A DNA stretch of 54,403 nt, taken from NCBI GenBank assembly GCA_964562925.1, contig CAZLVF010000006.1:9319-63721 (forward strand), in the 5' to 3' direction. The notes below the pieces were generated by a model. That model worked only from the letters and a program-made list of their open reading frames with translations, did not search any database and was not told the origin of the DNA. Within the stretch, counting starts at the first letter, position 1; each line of letters begins with the position of its first letter. This document shows, one piece after another, positions 27,092-36,147 of the stretch. The DNA comes from an uncultured Candidatus Bathyarchaeia archaeon. Lineage in GTDB: Archaea; Thermoproteota; Bathyarchaeia; 40CM-2-53-6; CAVXDP01. A program made the position numbers and the translations under genes.

Positions 27092-27853
27092 CTAGGGAGT
27101 AGGTTCCTCACCGCCACTAAGTATCCTTGTTAGGGCTGCGTATAACTCAACAAAACCCGTGAAGGTCTTTGCAGACACAGGGGTCGGCTCGGAGATCAAA
27201 CCGGCCTGTGATATGGCCCGTGCCAAGTCTCTGTTGATAAGTGAGGCGGTCTCTCCAAGTTGCGCTTCAAGAGAACTCTCAAGTGCCTCGAAATCCTCCG
27301 ACCAAGCAGTCATCTGATCGAGCTCCTCCTCAGATACCAGATCGGTTTTCGTGATGGCGTAGACCTGCGGTTGAAGAAGCCTGTTATAGACCGCGGCCGC
27401 CATAAACATGTTGGATACGTAGTTTGTGGGATACTTCGAGAATACACCATCGAACAGGTATAGCACAGCCTTTCCTTCGTCGGAGATAGTCTTCGAAATA
27501 TAGGGGCCGCTCTCTCTGAACGCGAACAACTCAAGCTGACCCGGGGTGTCAGCGAGCACTATATCCGCAGCCTCTTCCTCGATGTTATGTCTTATCTCTT
27601 CCATGTGGTCAGCAATCAAGTCGGCCGCCATAACGAGAGCGCCGTTCGGCCCCAGTTGGTACTCCTCCATAAGACGCTGCGTATCAACAAATACCCTGCA
27701 GTCTACGGTCGGGTTATAAGGCAAGTTGACTGCGCCAGGATCGAAATTGACTGTGATAACGTTCAGTTCCTTGAGCTTCAGCCAATCCTGGAAGGTGCTG
27801 ACTAGATAGGATTTGCCGGACCCAGCCATACCCACGACAACTATAACATTCAC
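27092..27853 (-). CDS. GPN-loop GTPase
   Basis: The P-loop VVGMAGSGKS, VNFDPGA, and the eponymous LGPNGAL motif are present, followed by DTPGQLELF. Confidence 0.9.
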   Translation of the reverse strand: MNVIVVVGMAGSGKSYLVSTFQDWLKLKELNVITVNFDPGAVNLPYNPTVDCRVFVDTQRLMEEYQLGPNGALVMAADLIADHMEEIRHNIEEEAADIVLADTPGQLELFAFRESGPYISKTISDEGKAVLYLFDGVFSKYPTNYVSNMFMAAAVYNRLLQPQVYAITKTDLVSEEELDQMTAWSEDFEALESSLEAQLGETASLINRDLARAISQAGLISEPTPVSAKTFTGFVELYAALTRILSGGEEPTP

Positions 27854-28368
27854 TCATCAATCCCGTCCGACTCTAAGATTCAGCAAGCCCAATTCGTAAA
27901 GTAAAGCCCTAGAATTCTCATCGCGAGCTGAATTTAAGGCTGTCAATCGATGACAGCGACAATGAACCCTACCTCGGATATTTCTTATAAGAACTGCCAG
28001 TGTTAGCTTGGAGATTCAACCGCATAATGAGGCGGGATTGGGGACAGGTACCGAGCAGGAATTGTTGCAACAACCGCGATATCATATGTACCCGACTGGT
28101 ATTAGGAAGGATTCAGGGTAAGCAGTTACACCACTCTGTGTATCTCTCTAAAGATGAATATACCATCTAGGTTCGAGTTTCTAGATCGAGTTCTATGCTC
28201 TCGCGTTGCAGTTGGTCGTGCGCTTAGGTGGCTCTGGCTCTCACATCTATGGGTTACAACAAATTGATTCAGGATAGCTTCCGGAGCGAGCCTAAACATT
28301 ATGGCGTGAAAAAATATTTGGTTCGATCTGAAGGTCGGAGAAAGCTCCAAGGCCCAGCAGCGTTTGCG

Positions 28369-29187
28369 TCAGCTCACATGGACGCCCTTTCTGCTGGCAA
28401 GGGGTTTGACAACCGTCCTTACCGCTTTCAAGATCTCTTCTCTTGTCTCTCTCTCATCTGATGAGGTGGCTGAGAAGTGAAGTTCAAGCTTGGAACGTTT
28501 CAGTCCTCTGCCGCCTCTTGGATGGGACTTGATGAAGACGTTTGGATAACGGTTCATAGCCCTATCTATTATGGGTGAGAGCTCAGATTCGACTATCCCC
28601 TGTACCATGATACTCTTGTCGTAATAACTGGCCTCTCCAGTCCTCGCTCTTATCATCGGCGCGATGCTCGATTTGAATATGGCCCTCATCTCCTTCGGAA
28701 CTCCCGGAAGGCAGATTATCTTTGTACGACCCTTCTCGGTCAATACGGCTGGAGCACTTCCAACAGGGTTCACAACAGGCTTGGACCATAGTGGTAACCT
28801 TGCCATCTTGAGTCTCGGGCGGTTCAAATGAATAGTCTCTCCGGGAGCGATCCTGCGGTAGTGTACCTTCATAAACTCGATAGCCGTCCTGTTAAGTTGG
28901 ACTGGTCGGTGGATTGCCTTGGCTAATCCTCTTAGGGTCATATCATCATGAGTCGGTCCAAGTCCGCCAGTCGTGATAATCATATCCGGCTTTCTCCTCA
29001 GCGCCTCGCGGAGTGAGGAGGCTATCCCCTGGAGATTATCTTCCACAGTGGTTTCCTTGGAGACGCGGCCACCTAGTTTCGCTATCTGACTTGCAAGCCA
29101 TCGTGCGTTTGTATTCAGTGTTTTGCCTATTAGAAGCTCGTTACCTACGCATAAAAGTTCAACAGTGCAAAGGGGGCGGGGTCTCAT
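28369..29187 (-). CDS. CinA-like / MoCF-biosynthesis (MoaB/Mog fold) domain protein
   Basis: VELLCVGNELLIGKTLNTNARWLASQIAKLG.....V.D and DMIITTGGLGPTHDDMT are the CinA N-terminal domain signature. Confidence 0.8.
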   Translation of the reverse strand: MRPRPLCTVELLCVGNELLIGKTLNTNARWLASQIAKLGGRVSKETTVEDNLQGIASSLREALRRKPDMIITTGGLGPTHDDMTLRGLAKAIHRPVQLNRTAIEFMKVHYRRIAPGETIHLNRPRLKMARLPLWSKPVVNPVGSAPAVLTEKGRTKIICLPGVPKEMRAIFKSSIAPMIRARTGEASYYDKSIMVQGIVESELSPIIDRAMNRYPNVFIKSHPRGGRGLKRSKLELHFSATSSDERETREEILKAVRTVVKPLASRKGVHVS

Positions 29188-29206
29188 GGGTTCTCGGCTT
29201 TTTAGT

Positions 29207-29413
29207 TTACTTCTTGGAAAGCCACCATTTCAGATACTCTTTCTGTTTCCTCTTCTTCTCGTCGTCGCTTCTGGCTCTGGAGTCAAGCATCTTCTCCTTT
29301 GCCTCCACGATCTGTTGGAAGGTGAAGGTTAGTCCACAGCTCCTGCAGCTATATTGTTTCAGAGACATATCATATGAGAGCTCTCCGCCACATTCTGTAC
29401 AGTAATAGGGCAT
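29207..29413 (-). CDS. zinc-ribbon protein with basic C-terminal tail
   Basis: 68 aa: MPYYCTECGGELSYDMSLKQYSCRSCG (CxxC..18..CxxC), then a K/R/E-rich helix. It lies 19 nt upstream of the CinA-like gene on the same strand. Confidence 0.65.
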   Translation of the reverse strand: MPYYCTECGGELSYDMSLKQYSCRSCGLTFTFQQIVEAKEKMLDSRARSDDEKKRKQKEYLKWWLSKK

Positions 29414-29543
29414 GATCGTCTATCCTCCAGACCAACCTGTACTATGTTTGAAACTGGAGTATTCAACGTTTGCGCAAGGAGAAAAAAGGTTGTTAAGCGA
29501 ATGCCAAGATCTACTTCTATACCTATGACTATGAGTTCACGAT

Positions 29544-31127
29544 CTAGACCAGTTTCTCTCCGCATTCGACGCAGAACTTTGCCTTCTCCGCGACCTCGGT
29601 TCTACATCTCGGACAGAGTCTCACTAAGCTTGGGTTTGATTCAGGTTGAGGCGTAGGCTTCAGTGTAGGTTCAGCGTTCAGGTTGGCGTTTCTCTTTCTA
29701 TAGAGCCTTCTCACGAACGGTCTGATGTAGGGTGTTATCGCGGATCGTTTCCAGACGACTGCGCCGAAGGCGGCTACACCTGTAAAGACCGATACGGCAG
29801 CGTATGTCCAAACGTAATCTTCTCTCCACACCGCGGTGACCGTCCTCGGTCCGTCCATAACGATAGTGGATGTTGGGGAGGTTGTGCTTACATCTCCTGT
29901 CCAAGATGAGAAGACATGATTTGCTCCTAGGATGCCCCAAGTCTCCATAGGAACCTTGGTCGGGCTGACGGAGAAGCTGGCCGTTGACTCAGCCTTATAC
30001 CAACCCTCACCTGTGGTTGAACCGTAGTCGGATATCACCTGTAGGTAGTACTGAGCATCCCAGTTAGCGGTCAGCGTCTTCGGCGAATCCATAACAACTG
30101 TCACACTTGGCGAAGTTGAAGTTACGTCTCCACTCCACCCTACGAAACTTAGACGCGACTGGCTCGGAACCTCATTCGCAACCGCGGTTGCGCTCACCGT
30201 CACGGATGAGCCTTCATCAAACCAGTCGCTGGAGCGATCGATGGTCCCCTCATTCGGGTTGATCGTTAGATAATACTGGGTTTTCCAATTCGCTGTGAGC
30301 GTGTGAGGTCCGTTCATGGTTATCGTGACAGTAGGCGAGGTTGAGGTCAAGTCTCCAGTCCAACTGGTAAAGACATATCTCGTGTCGATGCCTCCCTCAA
30401 CTGGCGTGGTTACTGAGGCAGTAGCAACTGATCCAGCATCATACCAGTTGTCGCCAACCGGGTTGCCATAGGTGGAGCTAACCGTCAACTTATACTGAGT
30501 AACCCAGTTCGCCTTGATCGCTTTCGAGCTGTCCATTAGTACCGAGTTCGAGGCCTCATGCGGATCTGCAGAGAACGTTGCTCCGGACCAAGAGTCAAAC
30601 CTATACTGCGTCCCAGCTCCCCCTGGTACGATGTCCTTTGCTGATATGCGAGCCCACGTCCCAGCCGGATACCATCCCACGCCGGCCACAGGTCCATGTT
30701 CAGATTGAATCTGCAGATAGAACAGAGTAAGGTAGTAGAACGTATGAGACGCATCACCCGACAAAGAGAATGACCATACGTTATCGGGGCAATAGAAGGC
30801 GACCCAACTGTACCCAGAATACCACGGAAAACCAGAATAGTATGGGTATCCGTCTGGAACATAACTATCTATAGCGATCTCATGCGAAACGGCATCGCTC
30901 ATCAGCCTAGTCCATGTTTGGCCGCCGTAGATGGTTGTATTGTAGACTCCGTCAACCCATATACGGGCATAGTAGAATGAAGGGAGACCGTACGTGTTGA
31001 TTGAAACGTTGTAGGACGTAGCTGCATGGGCGGGTCCAAGGCTACTAGAAACCCCCGTTATTGAAAGAATAGATAACAGAGCAAGGTAAATCGTCAGTCG
31101 AGCTATCCTCGCGGCGGTGGGTCTCAT
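29544..31127 (-). CDS. secreted repeat protein (divergent InlB-B-repeat-like units) with TM anchor and cytoplasmic zinc ribbon
   Basis: The signal peptide is MRPTAARIARLTIYLALLSILSITGVSSSLGPAHA. There are four units of the form (F/Y)xF.SW(T/S)GD..STSP..T..M.GP.T.TA.W..QY.L. A TM helix (YAAVSVFTGVAAFGAVVW) follows, and the C-terminus is CPRCRTEVAEKAKFCVECGEKL. Confidence 0.8.
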   Translation of the reverse strand: MRPTAARIARLTIYLALLSILSITGVSSSLGPAHAATSYNVSINTYGLPSFYYARIWVDGVYNTTIYGGQTWTRLMSDAVSHEIAIDSYVPDGYPYYSGFPWYSGYSWVAFYCPDNVWSFSLSGDASHTFYYLTLFYLQIQSEHGPVAGVGWYPAGTWARISAKDIVPGGAGTQYRFDSWSGATFSADPHEASNSVLMDSSKAIKANWVTQYKLTVSSTYGNPVGDNWYDAGSVATASVTTPVEGGIDTRYVFTSWTGDLTSTSPTVTITMNGPHTLTANWKTQYYLTINPNEGTIDRSSDWFDEGSSVTVSATAVANEVPSQSRLSFVGWSGDVTSTSPSVTVVMDSPKTLTANWDAQYYLQVISDYGSTTGEGWYKAESTASFSVSPTKVPMETWGILGANHVFSSWTGDVSTTSPTSTIVMDGPRTVTAVWREDYVWTYAAVSVFTGVAAFGAVVWKRSAITPYIRPFVRRLYRKRNANLNAEPTLKPTPQPESNPSLVRLCPRCRTEVAEKAKFCVECGEKLV

Positions 31128-31357
31128 TCCTGAACGCTTCCCTCATTTCAGAGTCGTTTAGCCAAGTATATAACAATGCAGTGTGACCTTACACTTGATA
31201 CCGTAGTGAAAGCGGCGACCTTACACCTGACAATGTAGTTAAAGCGCAACAATGTACAAACCTCTGTTAGAACTTGGTTGAAATATCGCTTTTTGACCAA
31301 AAACATTGAAATATGCTCTGTACCGGTAACACTTGGAACATATCTGAGGAAACATGA

Positions 31358-33250
31358 TTGAAGCCGGCTGCTCTGATAATCATTCTATTGACAGCGCTAT
31401 CATTGATTCCCAACTTCGCCTCTCTCTCTAGTTCTTCATGGAATGAAACCTGGACCGGTTACACTTCCAGGAGGATAGTTCCACTAACGATAAAGGTTGT
31501 ATTCGTTGGATTGAACTCTGATGTACTTGAAACCAAATACATGATGTGGAGGGAGAACCTTCCGGAAAGTCAAACAAACCTGATCTTGGTAGGCGACAAC
31601 AATACTGGAGTCTTCTTCAACCTCACATACGACTTCATCTTCCCGGAGTCGGCCTATAAGAATGAGCTGTTGGCTTATCTCGAGGAGATCGGTCGTGCCG
31701 GACCCGCCTACAACCCATGGTGGGACATGTTCACCTACAATATCTTCTTCGATGCCCGCAAGGTAGAAAGTTGGCTTTACGAGAATAACGCCGAGTATGG
31801 CGGTCTTCCAGAGAACGGGTACACGTTTATCATAGCCAACTTGACCGAGCTCAAATCCGTGACGTATGAACAGATGAACGACCCTAAGTCTTCTCCGCCA
31901 ACCCCTCACTACTACAGTGTCAACTACGAGGACTGGGATAGAGACTACAGGCTTCGATATAGAGAGTTCGCTGTTGCTTGGGGCGGAGCTTACAGGTTAT
32001 GGTTTCTAGATCTAAGCGCTGGTCCCGAGTATTGGACATGGGCGACCGAGTCAGATGTGCCTTATGTACCGCTCCAGGTAGCACTCAAGGCTTTCAACAT
32101 CGATGTCCGCACGCAATTCGGCAGAAGGTGGCTGTCAGAGTACATAGCCGACTACATAGGCGAAGCCGTGAGAAACTTTGCCATTCCACAGTTTGTCTAC
32201 CTTCCTAGATACAGTGGCCGCTACAGAATAGTCGCCTACCTCCTAGACAATAGAACTGAGGAGGAGAGAAAAGAGGTTACGTTAAGATCGACCGTCAACG
32301 CTGAATGGGTTAGCGAAGCCTTCGAACAGCTCTTTCCATACTCGAGAGTGGAAACCTCGGTCAAGATCAAGAGCGTCTCAGACTATCCCGAACTTCAAGA
32401 GCAGATAGCAAACTATACCTATTCTAGCATTGACTCGTCAGGAACACCGTACATCGACCTAAGATCGGTCTACAGTTACCTTCAAGCCCATCTGAAGACA
32501 TTTGTACCCGACTACCGTCGCGACCAAAGAGAGTTCACGATCCCGATCTTTGCCTTTGCATTCTCCGGCAACATCCGATTCGGCTACAGTTACAAATGGT
32601 ACGTTATGGACGAGCCAACATTCAACAGAGACCTCTACGGCATCTCGCTTGGAGACCTTGCCATCATAGGCTTATCCCATGCCGACTTCCTATTGGGCAA
32701 CGAGGTTGATCCCCCACAGCCCAACAAAGGGATCGGATACACACAGCTCATAATCCACGAGGCAGGGCATATGATCGGGCTTATGCATCCGCATCAGTAC
32801 GGCTCCCTAGGCGATTATGTCTCATCCGCTATGAGCTACTATACGTGGGAATACAACTTCAGCCGGTTCGACCTAGACGCGGTGCAAAGAGCTCAAGCAG
32901 ACCAGTTTATAATGGAGGCTTCATCGATGCTGGAGCAGGCTAAGAACACTATGACCGACCGACTACCTTCATTTGAGTTACGGAACAGGATCGACTCAGC
33001 TGAGGATCTATTGACAAAGGCTCAACAACAGTACACGATGATGAACTATGTCTCAGCCCTCCAGTACGCGAAGAGCGCGGTTGAGACCTCGAGAGAAGCC
33101 TTAACAGAGGCGAGGAACCAGTGGCTCGCCTTGCCTATATACACGTTGCTTGGAGTTGTGATCGGGATCGCTATCGGTCAAGTTGGCATCCCGTACATTA
33201 GGAAGAGGAGACTGGAGGGCGCTTCTAGAACGGTGCAAAACCGTTCGTAA
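31358..33250 (+). CDS. secreted, C-terminally membrane-anchored zinc metalloprotease (metzincin-like)
   Basis: TTG start. The signal-like N-terminus is MKPAALIIILLTALSLIPNFASL. HEAGHMIGLMHPH (HExxHxxGxxH, nt 32756-32794) is followed by a possible Met-turn (SSAMSYY). The C-terminus has a TM helix (LALPIYTLLGVVIGIAIGQVGIPYI) followed by RKRR. Confidence 0.75.
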   Translation: MKPAALIIILLTALSLIPNFASLSSSSWNETWTGYTSRRIVPLTIKVVFVGLNSDVLETKYMMWRENLPESQTNLILVGDNNTGVFFNLTYDFIFPESAYKNELLAYLEEIGRAGPAYNPWWDMFTYNIFFDARKVESWLYENNAEYGGLPENGYTFIIANLTELKSVTYEQMNDPKSSPPTPHYYSVNYEDWDRDYRLRYREFAVAWGGAYRLWFLDLSAGPEYWTWATESDVPYVPLQVALKAFNIDVRTQFGRRWLSEYIADYIGEAVRNFAIPQFVYLPRYSGRYRIVAYLLDNRTEEERKEVTLRSTVNAEWVSEAFEQLFPYSRVETSVKIKSVSDYPELQEQIANYTYSSIDSSGTPYIDLRSVYSYLQAHLKTFVPDYRRDQREFTIPIFAFAFSGNIRFGYSYKWYVMDEPTFNRDLYGISLGDLAIIGLSHADFLLGNEVDPPQPNKGIGYTQLIIHEAGHMIGLMHPHQYGSLGDYVSSAMSYYTWEYNFSRFDLDAVQRAQADQFIMEASSMLEQAKNTMTDRLPSFELRNRIDSAEDLLTKAQQQYTMMNYVSALQYAKSAVETSREALTEARNQWLALPIYTLLGVVIGIAIGQVGIPYIRKRRLEGASRTVQNRS

Positions 33251-33270
33251 AAGTGTTATCGTAGAACTCG

Positions 33271-33627
33271 TTAGTGTGTGCCTCTAACCTTCAGGAGCCT
33301 TGACATCAATTCCTGAGGGTTTTTTGAAGGTTCCAGACAGACCTGTCCAACACAGGTGTACGCCGTAGGTACATTTGAATCAGCGTAGCCGAGAACGTCT
33401 ATTCTATCTCGGTCTACATCGAGATCTAGGACTTGAACTGCCTTCCTTGAGGCGTAGAACCTCAAACCTTCATCGCGCAGGTTCGTAGTTGCCGGATCCT
33501 TATAGGCGGCCCGTGCATAGCCAGATGTCATGATACCGTATGCTCCATAGGTTTCCTCGAAGATGCCGAGCGTTTCCTTCGCTTTTCGAAAGGCTTCCTC
33601 ACCCCATTCATGCCAGAGAATTTCAGC
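33271..33627 (-). pseudogene. remnant of a DUF255/YyaL-type thioredoxin-domain gene (large internal deletion)
   Basis: The frame is open from the TAG at 33628-33630. AEILWHEWGEEAFRKAKE matches the family N-terminus (W..WGEEAF.KAK). It runs straight into sequence resembling the family C-terminus (...PTAYTCVGQVCLEPSKNPQELMSRLL). Normal members are about 600-700 aa. The first start codon is only at 33531. Confidence 0.6.
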
Positions 33628-33728
33628 CTATGCCGTTCCAGAGATCTCGAACTACTAGCGTGGTACGGGACGCGTCATCTTAGAGTATTGTAGAATAGGT
33701 TTATTGTCTACCATTTGGCTGAAGCCGA

Positions 33729-34817
33729 TTAAAGATACTTTTTGATTGTTGGAGGCGATGTCTCGAACCTTTGTAGGTTGGACACTTTGACGCCGACCAG
33801 CCTGATCTTTCTCTTGTCTTCCTCAAACTCTTTGAGAAGGTTTCTCGCTGCGCCAGTGATCGCGCTCTCGTCTATCATGTGATAAGAGAGACTTTTACTC
33901 CTTGTGAAAGTTTCAAAATCTTCGAACCTTACCTTGAGAGTGACCGTTTTGAAGAGAAGCTTCGAGTCTCTTAGCTGAGCGGCTAGTCTAGCGCCAATAG
34001 CGTCAATGGTTTTCGTTACCATCAATACATCATCAACATCTATCTCGAATGTATGTTCACCGCTCAGCGACTTCGGTTCTTGCTCGCCCTCGTACACCTC
34101 GCTTTCATCGGTTCCGTTAGCGACACACCATAGTTCGACGCCATATTTTCCAAGTATTCGTTGTAGGTCCTCTCTTGAAGACCCTGCCAGTTGTCCGATC
34201 GTGTAGATCCCCATATGTTTCAGAACCTCTCTAGTCTTCTTCCCAACTCCGGCGATTTTCGAAGCTGGAAGGGGCGCCAAGAAATCTTTGACCCTGTCGG
34301 GAGTAACTATCGTTAACCCATCAGGCTTCTTGAAATCAGAAGCTATTTTCGCCACGGATTTGTTAGGAGCCACTCCAACCGAGCAAGTCAATCCCACTCT
34401 TTCGGAGATAGCCTTCTTTACAGCCTTCACGAGACTCTCGGGGCTGTCGTACTCCTTAACCCTGCGTGTAACGTCTAGAAATGCTTCGTCGATTCCACGC
34501 TGCTCAAACCTATCCGCGAAGCCTCTTAGAATGTTCATAACCCTCTCACATACCTCGAGATAAAGGTCCATGTCAACGGGCAGGTATACCCCGTTTGGGC
34601 AGAGTCTGTAAGCGGTTGAGATCGGCATCCCAGACCTCACACCGAACGTCCGGGCCTCGTACGAGCAAGTAGAGACGACTCCACGCCCAGTTCCCCCCTT
34701 GGGGTCGGCGCCCACGATAACAGGTTTACCCTTCAGGGAAGGGTTCCTAAAGATTTCAACAGACGCGTAGAAGGAATCCATATCGACGTGGAATATTACT
34801 CTCTGACCTTTGCTCAT
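33729..34817 (-). CDS. dinB: Y-family DNA polymerase IV (Dpo4/DinB)
   Basis: Contains VIFHVDMDSFYASVE, SYEARTFGVRSGMP, IDEAFLDVT, CSVGVAPNK..AKIASD..KPDG and GVGKKT. Confidence 0.92.
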   Translation of the reverse strand: MSKGQRVIFHVDMDSFYASVEIFRNPSLKGKPVIVGADPKGGTGRGVVSTCSYEARTFGVRSGMPISTAYRLCPNGVYLPVDMDLYLEVCERVMNILRGFADRFEQRGIDEAFLDVTRRVKEYDSPESLVKAVKKAISERVGLTCSVGVAPNKSVAKIASDFKKPDGLTIVTPDRVKDFLAPLPASKIAGVGKKTREVLKHMGIYTIGQLAGSSREDLQRILGKYGVELWCVANGTDESEVYEGEQEPKSLSGEHTFEIDVDDVLMVTKTIDAIGARLAAQLRDSKLLFKTVTLKVRFEDFETFTRSKSLSYHMIDESAITGAARNLLKEFEEDKRKIRLVGVKVSNLQRFETSPPTIKKYL

Positions 34818-34856
34818 TCCGATCAGACATGCATCTAATCTGAATAGTTCTCTCTT

Positions 34857-35297
34857 CTAGTTTTTCGACTTGAAGAAGAGCCACTGGTTTTGTCGAAACT
34901 TAACTAGTTTATAGCCGCCTTTCAATATGCTTCCTTCGAGATCAAATTCTAAGACGTGGTCTTCCCGCTTCTTCAGGTTGTATACGCCTTTATCCCATAT
35001 CTCAACCGTTCCCGCCCCGTACTCGCCCTCAGGTATTCTTCCTTCAAAGGTTATGTATTCAACAGGGTGATCTTCAACCTCTATCGCCAGCCTACGTACG
35101 TTAGGTATCGTAGGAGGCTCTTTTGGAACGGCCCAGCTTTTCAGTACGCCATTCATTTCCAAACGGAAGTCGTAGTGGAGGTGGGTTGCTTGATGCTTCT
35201 GAATGACAAACCTCTCTCCGCCAGTTTCGTTCGTCCCTCCTTTGGGCTCGGGCGTTGTCGAAAATTTCCTCTTCTTCCAGTACTCCTCAAGCGACAT
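34857..35297 (-). CDS. stand-alone LigD-type 3'-phosphoesterase (PE) domain protein
   Basis: FVIQKHQATHLHYDFRLEMNGVLKSWAVPKEPP ... EDHPVEY..FEG.IPEGEYGAGTVEIWDKG is the LigD PE signature (HxHxDFRLE, WAVPKG-like, EDHP). 146 aa with no ligase or polymerase domain attached. Confidence 0.85.
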   Translation of the reverse strand: MSLEEYWKKRKFSTTPEPKGGTNETGGERFVIQKHQATHLHYDFRLEMNGVLKSWAVPKEPPTIPNVRRLAIEVEDHPVEYITFEGRIPEGEYGAGTVEIWDKGVYNLKKREDHVLEFDLEGSILKGGYKLVKFRQNQWLFFKSKN

Positions 35298-35537
35298 AAC
35301 ATACTACGCTCAAAGATCCAGCAGGAAACAGGACATGGATTCTCAGCCGAAGGGATAAATCTATTCCGAGATCGATTGGCTCTGTCGGCTCAAGTGGCTG
35401 TCAAGGGCTGTTGCCTCTTTTCCTCCTATAACTCACATCCAGTATGGGTAGATGTTCTTCTAAGGGGGGGCATCCAAGGCCCATAGGCAGAGGAGACCAG
35501 CTTCTGGCTTGACCTAAGTGGGCACTGTCCTTGAGCT

Positions 35538-36062
35538 CTAAGAGGCTCTTGTGCTCGATCGTTTTGTGCTGGCGGGTCGGTTCGAGTCATACAACGTGAC
35601 TACGAGTTTCGAGACTCTCTGGCCGAGCTTCATGCAGAGTCTTAGGTCTCCCTTCTTTGGAGGGCCTACAGCTGCTACCCCGTAGTGTTGTCTTTCTGAT
35701 CGTCCTTGGACTATCATCCCATGAATCAGCATCGATTCAATTATTGAGAGGAGGGTTGTCTCGGCTCCTGAGGCTGTTGCGCCTGAGCTTGTGAAGGCAG
35801 CTCCAACCTTCCCTTCAAGAGAACCATGTATTCTCACGGATTTGTCGATTAGAGCCTTGGTCTTCGCTGACATCTGGCCATAGTATGTTGGGGAGCCTAT
35901 GATTATGCCGTGAGCCCCTCGTAGATCGGCGAGGTTGGCTCTGTCAACCCTCTTGAGATCGACCGAGACTTGTTTGATGCTTCTAGCTCCCTCGGCTACA
36001 GCATATGCCATCCTTCTAGTGTTTCCAGTTTTGGAATCATATAGGACAAGAACCTTTGGCAT
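35538..36062 (-). CDS. flavodoxin-like FMN protein (WrbA/NAD(P)H-quinone oxidoreductase-like)
   Basis: MPKVLVLYDSKTGNTRRMAYAVAEGA and GIIIGSPTYYGQMS are the flavodoxin-like FMN-binding motifs. Confidence 0.8.
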   Translation of the reverse strand: MPKVLVLYDSKTGNTRRMAYAVAEGARSIKQVSVDLKRVDRANLADLRGAHGIIIGSPTYYGQMSAKTKALIDKSVRIHGSLEGKVGAAFTSSGATASGAETTLLSIIESMLIHGMIVQGRSERQHYGVAAVGPPKKGDLRLCMKLGQRVSKLVVTLYDSNRPASTKRSSTRAS

Positions 36063-36147
36063 AGCGGTCAGCTTTCCGGAGTGCTCCTTCTATCATGTGC
36101 TTTTATGAGGTCTACCCAGGCGATTCGATCGGGGCTTAGCTATCTGA

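Noticed and set aside
27854-28368. A 515-bp gene-free gap between the GPN GTPase and the CinA-like gene, containing small hairpins and GGAGAAAGCTCC.
   Set aside because: Only short, compositionally implausible ORFs are present (28126..28350 minus, 28228..28461 plus). The RNase-P-like string is imperfect and overlaps the CDS end. I could not build any recognisable RNA fold, so it is left unannotated rather than called.
34956-35486. A 176-aa plus-strand ORF.
   Set aside because: It is antisense to the well-supported LigD-PE gene over most of its length, and its composition is implausible.
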